A stretch of DNA of 248,000 nucleotides from Octopus vulgaris (taxonomy: Eukaryota): the NCBI GenBank assembly GCA_951406725.2, contig OX597817.1, positions 87,812,001 to 88,060,000 on the forward strand, read 5' to 3'. Made by a program: the position numbers and the translations under genes. The notes under the pieces are model-generated. The model searched no databases. It was not told the DNA's origin and was given only the letters and a program-made list of their open reading frames with translations. How positions within the stretch are numbered: position 1 is the stretch's first letter; the number at the start of each line of letters is the position of its first letter. Below, piece by piece: positions 28,762 to 41,585 of the stretch.

Positions 28762-31700
28762 TGTATGTATGTATGTATGCATGCATGCATGCATGTATGT
28801 ATGTATATTTGTATGTATGTATGTATGTATGTATGTATGTATGTATGCATGCATGCATGTATGTATGTATATTTGTATGTATGTATGTATGTCAGTCAGT
28901 CACCATCATCATTTAACATCTTTTTTTGTGCTGGGATGGATTAGACAGTTCAACAGGAACCAAAGAGTCAGCAGGCTATGCTGAGCTCCAGTATCTGCTC
29001 TGGCATGGTTTTTACTGAAGGCTGTCCTTCCTAATGCCAACAACATAAGAGAGTATGTCAGATGCTTTTACTATGGCACCAGCATTATTAAGGTCACCAA
29101 GTACTACAAGAGAAGCTCTCTAAACTAAGTGGGGTATAGTGTTGAGGGATGTGAAAGTATGACTGAGGGATGGGAACAGGTCTTGTTGAAATGGTGAATG
29201 TATGGAAAGCTGGAAAGTGAGGTAGATGGTGAGGGCATACTTTCAAGGTACAAGGTCAGTATGAAGGAGAAAATAGTGGGAAGAGAAAAAGTGGGTGGGT
29301 AGGTAAATGCACTACAATTTGAAAAGATTGTGACAAGATGATTGGAGATGAGGATTGAAGTGGACACAATGAATATCAATTTGAGGGAGAGGGAGTAAAG
29401 GAAATAGATGTGTGTCAGGGATGGGGGGCAGTGAGTGCATGCTATTGACAATGCCCATGGTGGCAGAAATGCACACCAAGCATTCTCACTAGCTGCAGGA
29501 TAATTTTGTCTGCTTCTGATATATATTGTATTTTTAAACACAGCATATTCATAAGAGATATTAGCTCTTGATAAATACAGCAGTAAATTTGTTTTTTCAT
29601 GATGTATTTACATTCAGTATGGTACACAGAAGTCTATTATAATTTCATACTGCTTTTGTTGCATATAACAGATGTGTGTGTGAATGTGTGTGTGTGTGTG
29701 TGTGTGTGATGTTCATTATATTGCTTGTGTGGCGAAAAATATTCTGTCTTTTGTTTTTACTTTATCTTTTTCTTTCCAAATCATGTTTTGTCTACACTCT
29801 TTCTCACTTGGGAACATGTTTGATTCAACTTATTACTTTCGTTACCACATTTAATATTGTTATTCACTATTTATTTTCTGGCTTATCGCCATGTTACATT
29901 TCTCACCTGTCTCTCTTACAACTGAAACTTCATCATACTTACAGTTCATAGCACTTTCTAATTTAAACGAGCTTCTAATTTAAAATTCTGTTTCAAACAA
30001 CCGTTATCTAATTTCATCTGTTGGCTTATTGTTATGTATTGAATCTGTTATGTGTCAAAATATAACAAATCTGTAGTGGTTTTATGTTTACATTACCAGT
30101 TACTATCTTCCTTGCTTCTGGCTACATTGCACACTTATGGAATTATTGTTGAATACCTGTATAACTTTGGATATTTAATATCAAAATGCTGAGCTAAGCT
30201 GGCATGAATTAAAAGCAAGATAACAAAGCTAAGTGAAAATAAACAAATATAGATGTACTGAGATGTAAGATAATCTGAATTTGTCTGAATAGTGATTTCC
30301 AAGTTAAAATGTTTGAATTCAAGAGCAGTTTGTTGATGCAGCAGAAGCCTTTCGACTATTTTCTTTGATGTCGGTTTTGTGTGGGTTTTTGTTTTAACCC
30401 TTTGACTCATTAGTATGTTTGAATTTCAGACCTACATATTCATACATAAATATTAGTGAAACTATCACAATGTTGATACCTCACCAACTAATTCTAATTA
30501 GTTAGTGAAAGTGTTGACCTCATGAAGTGGCCACAATAATGAGCCCACTTACTAACAAATTGAAACTGAACATTACACCACTTGATGATGTTAGACAACC
30601 TTATGAAATGATTAGCAATAAAAAATCAATGAGATCAGAGAGCCCCTTGATTTATATGAATGCAGTGGATATCTAATTATTTTTACACTGAATAAGCTAA
30701 ACTAATGATGTAAACAACCGTCCAGTCATTTTGTTTTTCTTTTTAGTTATTACCTACTTAGTGTGTTTTCACTAGAATTCTGCATTCTCTGTAATCATTC
30801 TAAGATCTTCAGTAACAGCTGAAAATTCTATGGTGATGAGGTCTTGTAAGATTGAAATATTTCCAAAGTTGCCCTCTTACTACCAAGTATTAAATTCAAC
30901 TTTCCACTACCTTCAATTTTTTTTTTTTTTTTTTTAATTTCAATTCTGACTGTTTCTCTTGACTTTCTTCATCAAAATTAATCATTAAGATAATTTTTTT
31001 TTTATTGTCAATAGAAATTTAGTTTGAATTGATTAAAACTTCTTGGCTCACTGCATTCACTATAGTGACTCCCATGTCTGTCACTACTATCACTATGGTA
31101 ACACCCATTTCACTCCATTCCCTATGATAACTCCCACTTCTCTACTATCACTATGGTAACGCCCACTTCACTGATGATGCCAGCAAGTTGGCTGCCAGAA
31201 GGGAATATCTTCTGATATTTCATTTACTTTAGTATAATGAACAGCATTAAGGAGAGTACCAATATGTAGATTCCCCCAGCACCACTATCAATATGCAAAT
31301 TACATCTATCTCACTACCAATATGTAAATTACCTCTATATCACTATCAATTTGTAAATTACCTCTCCACCATGACCAATATGTAAATTACCTCTAGTATC
31401 AGTTCCTGTAAATATCTGAATTTACGAAACCATCCAATTATTGCCAGAAAACAAAAATAGATTGAAAAATATTTTCAAAAAATCAACTCTGTTTTTCTAA
31501 TCATTCATTAAATGACAACCTTGGCCTAACATACCACTTGAGTGGTTATCACTTGTTAACAAAATTCCTGATGTTGCAAACATTCAAACCAGATCTCCTG
31601 GTTCTCTTCACATCCTTATTTTTCTTGTAGGACCTCTGGGTGGATGCTGGCTATAGCACTCTCACCAGTCTGAGTAAGTTATGGGCATTGCATAACCTTC

Positions 31701-32317
31701 TCTGATTAAAATACAACGTGGGAAATTGCTTTTATTTTGCATTTCCTCTTTGTCTTTTATCTTTTGTCTTTTACTTGTCTCACTCATTGGCATACAACCA
31801 TACTGGGCCACTGCCTTGAAGTGTTAAGTTGCACAAACCAACCCCAGCACATATTTTTAAACCTGGTACTTACTCTGTCAGTCTCTCTAGCCAATCCACT
31901 CAATTATGGGGGCATAAATAATCCGCACCAATTGTCAAGTTATGGTAGGAAACAAACTAACACACACACATATACAAGGGGGTCTTTTTCTGTTTCTGTC
32001 TACCAAGTCCTCACACTACACTTGGGTTAGCCTTGTGAATTGATTTGGTAGACTCAGACTGGTGAGAGTACTGTAGCCTGCATCCAACCAGAAGACCTAC
32101 AAGAAAAGTGTGGATGCAAAGAGAACCAGAAAATCTGGTCTGAATGTTTGCAACATCAGGAATTCTGGTGAAAAGTGATAACCAGTGAAGTGGTATATGA
32201 GGCCAAGGTTGTCAATTAACAAACCCAAGACCACATGGTTGGGAAGAAAGCTCCTTAACAACTCAGTTATGCCTGTTCCTTTTTTACTCATATTTTAATT
32301 CTTTCTTTGTTTTGTAG

Positions 32318-32459
32318 ATTTCTCACTGAAGTCTTAGAAAGTAGCCTCAAGTTAATTTGTTGCAGCAAGACCAGCAATGCCAGTAGCCAAACATCATTAG
32401 AAGCTTTGCATTTATTTGCTTTGTTTGACTATAAAGCAACATGGTTTTCAAAGTGGATG
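32318..32459 (+). CDS. TBC1D32: TBC1D32 exon
   Basis: ttgtag/gtaagt; FLTEVLESSLKLI...LFALFDYKATWFSKWM; phase 2-0. Confidence 0.88.
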
Positions 32460-32713
32460 GTAAGTTAGTCACTGTATTTTACTATTTGTTTTTCTTGCAG
32501 CAGATGTCACTGGGTATTTTAACTCCAATTATACTCTTACATTATCTTGCTACTCAGTGTTCTATATTATCCTATATTATCTCCAGTCATTCTAAGATCT
32601 ACAGTAACAGTTTATATTTCACTGATGGAGTTTGATATAACTGCAATATGTTTGGAGATGTCATTTATTCCCTACACTTATAATCACTCTCCACTAATCC
32701 GGGTTTTTAATTA

Positions 32714-33914
32714 TTGGGTCATCCCATAAATAACGCAGTTTTTTTATACTTCTTTTATTTTTCAAAATTAAGATAACAAAGTTCTTTTTTAATCTAAAAT
32801 GTACTCTCTTTCATTTTCTACAATGCTCTTCCATCCGTCTGGTAGACTTCCAAAATTTATTTGTCCATGATGAAAAATACTCCTCCAGTACTGTTCTGAC
32901 CTTGTCTACAGAATTCATATTTTTTCCGTCCAAATGATTTTGAAGACTGCGAAATAAATCAGCTGCTCCAGCCTTTGAAATGTTATCCTCACTGTATATG
33001 GCCTAGCATTATCCTGATGGAAGAACACCTTTTGTCTTGAAACCAAAGATGGTTGCTTTTCTTCTAGTGTTGACTCACTATTCTAGCACTGACTCACCAC
33101 TCAAGTTCCGCACCATAGATCTCCTTTGTTATTGTTTGGGTTGGATTTAAAAATTCAAAGTGGACTAAGCCTTTCATTTCCCACCAAACAGATAACAACA
33201 CCTTATGTGGATGTTGTTATCTTTAGCCTGGGGTGCCACTGTTTCTTCTTTCCCTACCCACTGTCTTTGGTACTTGACATTCTTACAGAGAACGCATTTC
33301 TCATCACCAGCCACTATTCAGTCCAAGAAAGGATCATTTGTGAGATGTGACAGCAACGAAGAGCACACATTCACTCTCTGTGCGTGATTAGATTCAGAAA
33401 GTTTGTGAAGAACTGATTGACCAAATTTGCTGACTTTTCTGATGGCATGCAGGTGTCGATGAATGGTTCAATGACCAAAGTCAAGCTTCTCTGCTAGTTC
33501 CACCTGGATTTGCAGGACATTCTTGTCAAGCTCTACAGATCTTCCATGACATGGCTCTTCTAGGCTGTAGTTACTGGCTCAGAATTTCTAGAATCACCAT
33601 TGACACTGGCTTACGCTTATTGTCCAATCTCCTTATACTGCATTAATATTCCTTGCACTTTCCATTGCAATGTTGCCTTTATTGAACTCATAAAGCAAAA
33701 TATGCTGAATATGCTCCTTTGTCACTTCCATTATAGCTTTGAAAAAATAATTGTTAAAAGTGAACTGCACTTGTCAAAACTTGCACTAAAAATAAGTACA
33801 AGGTAAAATTACTACCTGCTTTTATAGCAAGTTGATGCAGGTAGTTTATCCTGTCCTCCTTCTACTTTTAGTTCATGCAATTGAAAAAACTGCATTATTT
33901 ATGGGATGACCCAA
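32714..33914 (-). mobile_element. Mariner-family DNA transposon relic
   Basis: TIRs ttgggtcatcccataaataa with TA flanks; decayed transposase-like sequence inside. Confidence 0.85.
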
Positions 33915-33976
33915 TACTTATAATTTCAGTTCTAGGGTTGTCTCCCTTGTATTTCTTCACCAGAATTAATTTTTAT

Positions 33977-34020
33977 ATTAGTATTAGTATTGTCCCTTTG
34001 ATCCTCGGTCGACAGTTTGC

Positions 34021-34078
<58 letters not shown>

Positions 34079-34397
34079 TACTATTTTCAGCTTCGCCTCG
34101 TATTGCATATTATTTCTCCATACAGGGGTTTTTTTCAATGGCGGCCCATTTTCGCGGGTTCCACTATTTCCCTTCTCTCTCTCCCTCTTTTACGTTGTCT
34201 GCCATCCCCCTCTTCCTTTGCTAAGAGCATTTTTAAGCCAGCCCGTCATATTCCCGTGTCAGGCCGAAGAACGAAATGTTCCCAAGATAAGAGAGTCTTT
34301 CTAATCTAATGTTGTGGTTGAGCTGTTTATTATTTATTATTATTACTATTATTATTAGTATTAGTATTGTCCCTTTGATCCTCGGTCGACAGTTTGC

Positions 34398-34449
<52 letters not shown>

Positions 34450-34769
34450 TACTATTTTCAGCTTCGCCTCGTATTGCATATTATTTCTCCATACAGGGGT
34501 TTTTTTCAATGGCGGCCCATTTTCGCGGGGTTCCACTATTTCCCTTCTCTCTCTCCCTCTTTTACGTTGTCTGCCATCCCCCTCTTCCTTTGCTAAGAGC
34601 ATTTTTAAGCCAGTCCGTCATATTCCCGTGTCAGGCCGAAGAACGAAATGTTCCCAAGATAAGAGAGTCTTTCTAATCTAATGTTGTGGTTGAGCTGTTT
34701 ATTATTTATTATTATTACTATTATTATTAGTATTAGTATTGTCCCTTTGATCCTCGGTCGACAGTTTGC

Positions 34770-34815
<46 letters not shown>

Positions 34816-35135
34816 TACTATTTTCAGCTTCGCCTCGTATTGCATATTATTTCTCCATACAGGGGTTTTTTTCAATGGCGGCCCATTTTCGCAGGGTTCC
34901 ACTATTTCCCTTCTCTCTCTCCCTCTTTTACGTTGTCTGCCATCCCCCTCTTCCTTTGCTAAGAGCATTTTTAAGCCAGCCCGTCATATTCCCGTGTCAG
35001 GCCGAAGAACGAAATGTTCCCAAGATAAGAGAGTCTTTCTAATCTAATGTTGTGGTTGAGCTGTTTATTATTTATTATTATTACTATTATTATTAGTATT
35101 AGTATTGTCCCTTTGATCCTCGGTCGACAGTTTGC

Positions 35136-35184
<49 letters not shown>

Positions 35185-35362
35185 TACTATTTTCAGCTTC
35201 GCCTCGTATTGCATATTATTTCTCCATACAGGGTTTTTTTCAATGGCGGCCCATTTTCGCGCGGTTCCACTATTTCCCTTCTCTCTCTCCCTCTTTTACG
35301 TTGTCTGCCATCCCCCCTCTTCCTTTGCTAAGAGCATTTTTAAGCCAGCCCGTCATATTCCC
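33977..35362 (+). repeat. Tandem array of ~3.7 monomers of 366-377 bp at the 5' end of an RTE derivative
   Basis: tgtccctttgatcctcggtcgac recurs at 33991, 34368, 34740 and 35106; unit length varies with an internal (TAT)n. Confidence 0.95.
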
Positions 35363-35860
35363 GGTGCACCCGCCCTTGCCCACCCCCACCACCAATACCG
35401 GATATCTCTATATTTTTGCTCCATCTATACCGGATGTCGCTTCTCCCACCACCATTATAGGTGTCTACTCTTCGAACCCCCTCTTCAATACGCTATTTCA
35501 CCATGCATTACCCCTCTCTTGATATCCTACGTTCTACTTGCCTAGAACCTGTCATCATTTCTCTGAACCACCCCTCCCCACTGGTGCTCCCCTATATTTC
35601 TGCACCCCCCCACCCACAAAAAGCACCATCCGAACGTGGCCGATGCCAGACCCCTCTGGCACCTGTGCAGGTGGCACGTAAAAAACACCCACTACACTCG
35701 CGGAGTGGTTGGCGTTAGGAAGGGCATCCAGCTGTAGAAACACTGCCAGACTAGACTGGAGCCTGGGGCAGTCCCTAGCTCCCCAGACCCCGGTCGAAAC
35801 CGTCCAACCCGTGCTAGCGCGGAAAACGGACGTTAAACGATGATGATGATGATGATGATG
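33977..35860 (+). mobile_element. Non-autonomous RTE derivative (monomer array + 5' UTR remnant + 3' end, no ORF)
   Basis: 35360-35615 is homologous to the 5' UTR of the 216-220 kb RTE; 35615-35860 is the RTE 3' UTR ending ggacgttaaac(gat)n. Confidence 0.8.
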
Positions 35861-36572
35861 AAGTTGCTCTTCTCATTACAGATCTAATTTGAATTAAAAT
35901 TTCTTGGATTATTCCATTACTTATGTTAGTGCCCACTTCACAATCTGGTATAAGTCCTCTTTTGATGGCTCTTTATGGTCTTATTGTCAACAAACAAAAA
36001 CCAAATACCCTGACATTCTTCCCAACCACATTGTCCCAGGTTCAGTCCCACTGCATAGCACCTTGGGCAAATGTCTTCTACTATAGCTTCAGGCCAACCA
36101 AAGCCTTGTAAGTGGATTTGGTATATGGAAACTGAAAAAAGCCCATCGTTTATATGTATGTGTATGTCTGTCTGTCTTTGTGTCTATGTTTGTCCCCCAC
36201 CACCACCACTTGACAAAAGGTGTTAATGTGCTTACATCCTCATAACTTAGCAATTTGGCAAAAGAGACTGATAGGATACGTACCAAGCTTTACAAAAAAT
36301 AATAAGTACTGTAGGTAATTTGTTTTACAAAAATTCTTCAAAGCAGTGCTCCAGCATAGCTACAGTTTAATGACTGACACAAGTAAAAGATAAAAGAGAA
36401 AAGACGGTGTAGAGTGATACAGAGGTCTTTACTAGTTAAAGCAATCCTATTCTTGTGAGTCTATTTCTAGCAGCTTGATGATTTCAACAATGAAATAATT
36501 CATAATTTTGATTTTATTCTGTATGAAAAGCAAATGAAATTCATGTATTGCTTTTCTTGTTTTACTTTTCAG

Positions 36573-36629
36573 CATGGTGTTTGCAGCCGGGCTCCTTTGC
36601 TGAAACTCTTAGAAACTTACCAATACTTG
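36573..36629 (+). CDS. TBC1D32: TBC1D32 exon
   Basis: ttttcag/gtaaat; HGVCSRAPLLKLLETYQYL; phase 0-0. Confidence 0.85.
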
Positions 36630-39600
36630 GTAAATATTTTTATTTTTTATTTTTTGTAAACAATATTTGATACTTGTTTGTAATCATTTGATGGGGATTA
36701 TGTTGGTAACAATTGTAGTACAAGATACATAACATGATATAATCTTAAACTAGATTAGTGGATTAGGTTTATAACAACTGTAGTACTGGATTAGTGGATA
36801 AGGTTTACATCAAATGTACTATTAAATATATAACATGATGTAATAATGAAATCCAGAAGTGGATTAATTTTATAGCAAATGTAGTACTGGATACATAACA
36901 TAAAGTGATCGTAAGCTAGATTAGTGAATAAGGTATAAGTTCTGATGGATATATTTTGGCTGGTTTCTGAGTGAAACCTTTTATTCTGTATTTTATTCTA
37001 TATTTCCTAGCTGTCAGAAATAGAAACCACATCATATAAGAATGTTACTTGTAATAAACTGACATCTTATCAAACAAGGGTGGAGTTATTTCTTCTCCAC
37101 TTAACCCATTAGTTACTGCATTTATTTTGAGATGCTCTGTGTTTCTTTCAATTACTTTCAATATAACAAAGAATTTAGTAAAATAACTTAGTTATCATTC
37201 AGCTAGTGTTAGGAACATAAATTGTGACTCAGGTTTGGTGGAAGATTTTAATTCAAAATTTATGAAAATAAGACATTTGTACGCAGAACCAGTTTCAGCC
37301 GGGTTGGTAATGAACAGGTTAATGTCAAAACTGAAGCCAAGCTCTGACACTAAGATACCAACAGGGCTTAGATAGCATTTACCTCTTTTGACAATATACA
37401 AATTTTCAGTACTATGTCAACAACAATGTTAACGACAATGGTGAACTGAGCTATAAAAACTTTGTTTTTAAAAAAAAATGCAAACCAGTTGTTAACTGAA
37501 TGCTGGATGCTAAAGAGAAGGACTTACTTGGGAAAACTATGATGTCAAATGCTCCACCCTCATTCACAGTCGATTTGTCACTTTAAGGTTTTGAAGTGAA
37601 TGTTAACATGATTTTATATATCTGTGTGTATAGTGATACTTGTACACAAAGACAACGCACTCTTATATATGTATATATATAGGTATGTTGATGCAAATAG
37701 GAAAAAAGACTCAAAATATTAGTTTATGTATATTCTTATTAATATTTAGCAGATGTAACAGAGTGACTTGGACCTTGACTCACTCTGTTACTTCTGCTAA
37801 ATATTAATAACTATATATATATATATATATAGAAGGACACAGGAAAAATGTGTCAAAGCCATCAGGAGGCGTCGATGCTTCCTAGGGCTAAACAGCGGTG
37901 TGTACCCCCCCTACTGTCATGTTCGTGTTAGATTGACAGTATACAACCATTCTATCGCCCCACCACCATACATGTCTCTACGAGAGATTTAGAAATTTAG
38001 TATTTCTGACTATATATATATATATATATATATATAGGTGCAGGTGTGGCTGTGCAGTAAGAAACTTGCTTCCCAACTACATGGTTCCAGGTCTAGTTCC
38101 ACTGTGTGGCACCTTGGCCAAGTGTCTTCTACTATAGTCTCGGGCTGGCGAAAGCCTTGCAAGTGGATTTGGTAGATGGAAACTGAAATATATATAGATA
38201 TGGAAGGCAGACGTTAAGCAATGATGATGATACATAGCCTACAAATATCCCAAGCATCAAACTAATACACTTGCTTGTTGTTTGTACACCTGTTTTCATC
38301 TTTTGTTTTTCTATAAATTTCAACTACATATCATCATCATCGTTTAACGTCTGTTTTCCATGCTGGCATGGGTTGGATGGGGTCTGGGAAGCCAGGAGAC
38401 TGCACCAGGCTCCAGTTTGATCTGGCAGTGTTTCTATAGCTGAATGCCCTTCCTAATGCCAACCACTCCGAGAATGTAGTGGGTGCTTTTACGTGCCACT
38501 GGCACAGGGGCCAGATGAGGCTGGCAACGACCACAATCAATTGGTGCTTTTTACATGCCACCGGCACGGAAGCCAGTCAAGGTGGCACTGGCATTGGCCA
38601 CATTCAGAAGGTGTCTTTTATGTGCCACCGGCATGGGGATCGCAACTATAATTTCCATTTGATTCTGGTTATATATATATATAAACGGAGAGAGAGAGAG
38701 AACAAAGTTATTTTGTTCTACATGAGTAGAAATAATGAAGAAAGAAGTTGAAAATGCACTGGGATTTTTATCTCAACTTTTGAAAATGCCCTCAATGCAG
38801 AGAATGTAGGGCCTCGAACAAAAAAATAGGAAATGAGCAAAACACAGCCTTAGGGCCAAGAAGACAAGAATGGTGAGTAACACTTAGAAGAAATCCTAAA
38901 GGATATAGAAAACATCAAATAGCAGGACACAGAGAAATTATAAGACTAGTGAGCTATGCAACCAGTTTGAAAAAGGGAGAGAATGAAAGGAAGCTGACCA
39001 CAGGTCATGTGTCAGCAGCAGGTAGAGGAGAGAGAGGGAGAGAGAGTGCTGTGCTAGTAATAGTCTTTCCAGTTATGTTTCCACCCCACCCCACCTACTG
39101 CCACTTTACCTAAACCCCTATATCTATTTCTTTACTACCCACAAGGGGCTACACACAGAGGGGACAAACAAGGACAGACACATGGATTACGTCGATTATA
39201 TCAACCCCAGTGCATAACTGGTACTTATTTAATCGATCCCGAAAGGATGAAATGCAAAGTTGACCTCGGCAGAATTTGCACTCAGAATGTAACGGCAGAC
39301 GAAACCCCTATATCATCTTTAATCTGTCAACATAACTGTACTGTGGTTGATTGATGTATTGGGTCTATCTATTTTTATGTCCTCCTCCCTTTCTGTTCAT
39401 TTAACCTTTCATCTTAACTCTAACTCCTTTTATGGTTGTTTTGAGAGATGTATAAATGAAATTCTGTCCAAATTTCTGCCTCTTCTCCTTTGTTTTCCTT
39501 GTCTCATTGACCTTTCACCTTCTCTCAACAATCCTTTACCTTGTCCATCCCTCTCCCTATAATCTGTCTGCCCAACAGCAAATTTTCCCCTCATTTCTTC

Positions 39601-40716
39601 ACTCTCAGGTGAAACACCAGCCCATTCTTATTCGAGTTATACATATTTTCAGATTGAATCTTGAATACCTAAATACCTATTTCTAATACAACATCTTAAT
39701 ATTTTTATCCAGAATACCACTGTTCCTGTGTTAAAAATGAATTTGTGAGTTTGATCTTTGCTAAAGGATATGTGCATGTATTCTGAGTAGAGAATACATA
39801 GATCACAGGCTTGCCTGTATGGTAAGATGTTAGCTTCTCAACCACATGGTTCTGGGTTCAGTACCACTGCATGTGAACCAAATGTCTTCTGTTATAGCCT
39901 CCAGCTGACCGAACTCTTGTAAGTGGATTTGGCAGACAGAAACTGAAAGAAATCCACACCATCAACTACTACAGTCACCTCTATCCTATCTAAACATTTC
40001 TCCTTGTATTCTTGTGAAATTTCTCTTTTGCCCACTCCCCTCCATTCATCCAGTCCAATCCGCTATATCACTTCATCTACATTCACCCACCCACCGCTGT
40101 GCCTTGAAGGTATGTTCTGACACATACCCACTACCATCTCTCTCACTCTCTCCATCTTTGTCTTTCACTCAAAGTCTCTCTTTCTTTCCTTCCTTCACTA
40201 ACTGGGATATCCTTGTATCTTTTCTGCAGCAAGACACCTAACTCTACCCTTCTTGTTATTTTTTTCTAACTTCTTGTCAGCTGGTACAAAGCCACCTCCC
40301 TCAATACTGCTCTCCCCCAGTCGAAGGGACTTTGTCTTATTTCGCAAGTTACTTGGTGACCCCACTAGTGCTGGTGTCACATAAAACGCACCCAGTCCAC
40401 TCTGTAAAGTGGTTGGCATTAGGGAGAGTATCCAGCCATTGAAACCATGATAAAACAGACAATAGAATTTGGTACAGTCCTTTGTCTTGCCAGCACTTGT
40501 CAAATCATCCAACCCATGCCAGCATGGAAAACAGACATTCAAGGATGATGATTATATACATATGTCTTTTGTTGACAACTTTTTCCGCCTTGTAAGGATA
40601 ATATTATTCAGTTTTTCGACTGTTTTAATGGTAATACTGCATTTTGAAAATATCATACGATATATATTCAACACTTCTAAAAAAACAAATGTAGTTTGTT
40701 TATATACACACATAGT

Positions 40717-40779
<63 letters not shown>

Positions 40780-41064
40780 TCAAATGAAATAAAAAACAGA
40801 ACACAAAGGATGTCGTGGTACACGTGTTTTATATACTCTTTTACTCTCTTTTACTCTTTTACTTGTTTTAGTCATGTGACTGTGGCCATGCTGGAGCACC
40901 GCCTTTAGTCGATCAAATCGACCCCAGGACTTATTCTTTGTAAGCCTAGTACTTATTTTATCGGTCTCTTTTTTTTTGCCGAACCGCTAAGTTACGGGGA
41001 CGTAAACACACCAGCATCAGTTGTCAAGTGATGTTGGGGGGACAAACACAGACACACAAACACG

Positions 41065-41102
<38 letters not shown>

Positions 41103-41267
41103 TACGACGGGCTTCTTTCAGTTTCCTTCTACCAAATCCACTCACACAGCTTTGGTCGGCCCGAGGCTATAGTAGAAGACACTTACCCAAGGTGCCACGC
41201 AGTGGGACTGAACCCGGAACCATGTGGTTGGTAAGCAAGCTACTTACCACACAGCTACTCCTACGCC

Positions 41268-41346
<79 letters not shown>

Positions 41347-41424
41347 AATAAGATAAAGTCAACAAGAAGGAGTACAGTTAGACAGTTATTCAATAATCAC
41401 TACATGTTTCCATACAACATAGAT

Positions 41425-41472
<48 letters not shown>

Positions 41473-41474
41473 CC

Positions 41475-41585
41475 ATAATGAAATAAAAAAAACCAAGGCT
41501 GTGTAGATTTTAGAACCTTCTATTTATAAATGTTCTAAAATCTACACAAGCTTTGTTTTTTTATCTCATTATGAAAAAAAAATTT
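41475..41585. repeat. Fold-back (~50-bp arms) of a PLE-type terminus
   Basis: cataatgaaat..gtgtagattttagaac / gttctaaaatctacac..ctcattatg; unfolded relative at 69830-69925. Confidence 0.75.

Noticed and set aside
33977-35362. CRISPR-like array (also 244785-245887 and 230755-230910)
   Set aside because: Units are head-to-tail identical with no unique spacers; eukaryotic context and no cas genes
37011-37050. Candidate for the missing TBC1D32 phase 0-1 exon (LSEIETTSYKNVT)
   Set aside because: Good splice signals and correct phase but no recognisable similarity to TBC1D32; 43670-43694 is an equally plausible alternative. Needs RNA-seq.
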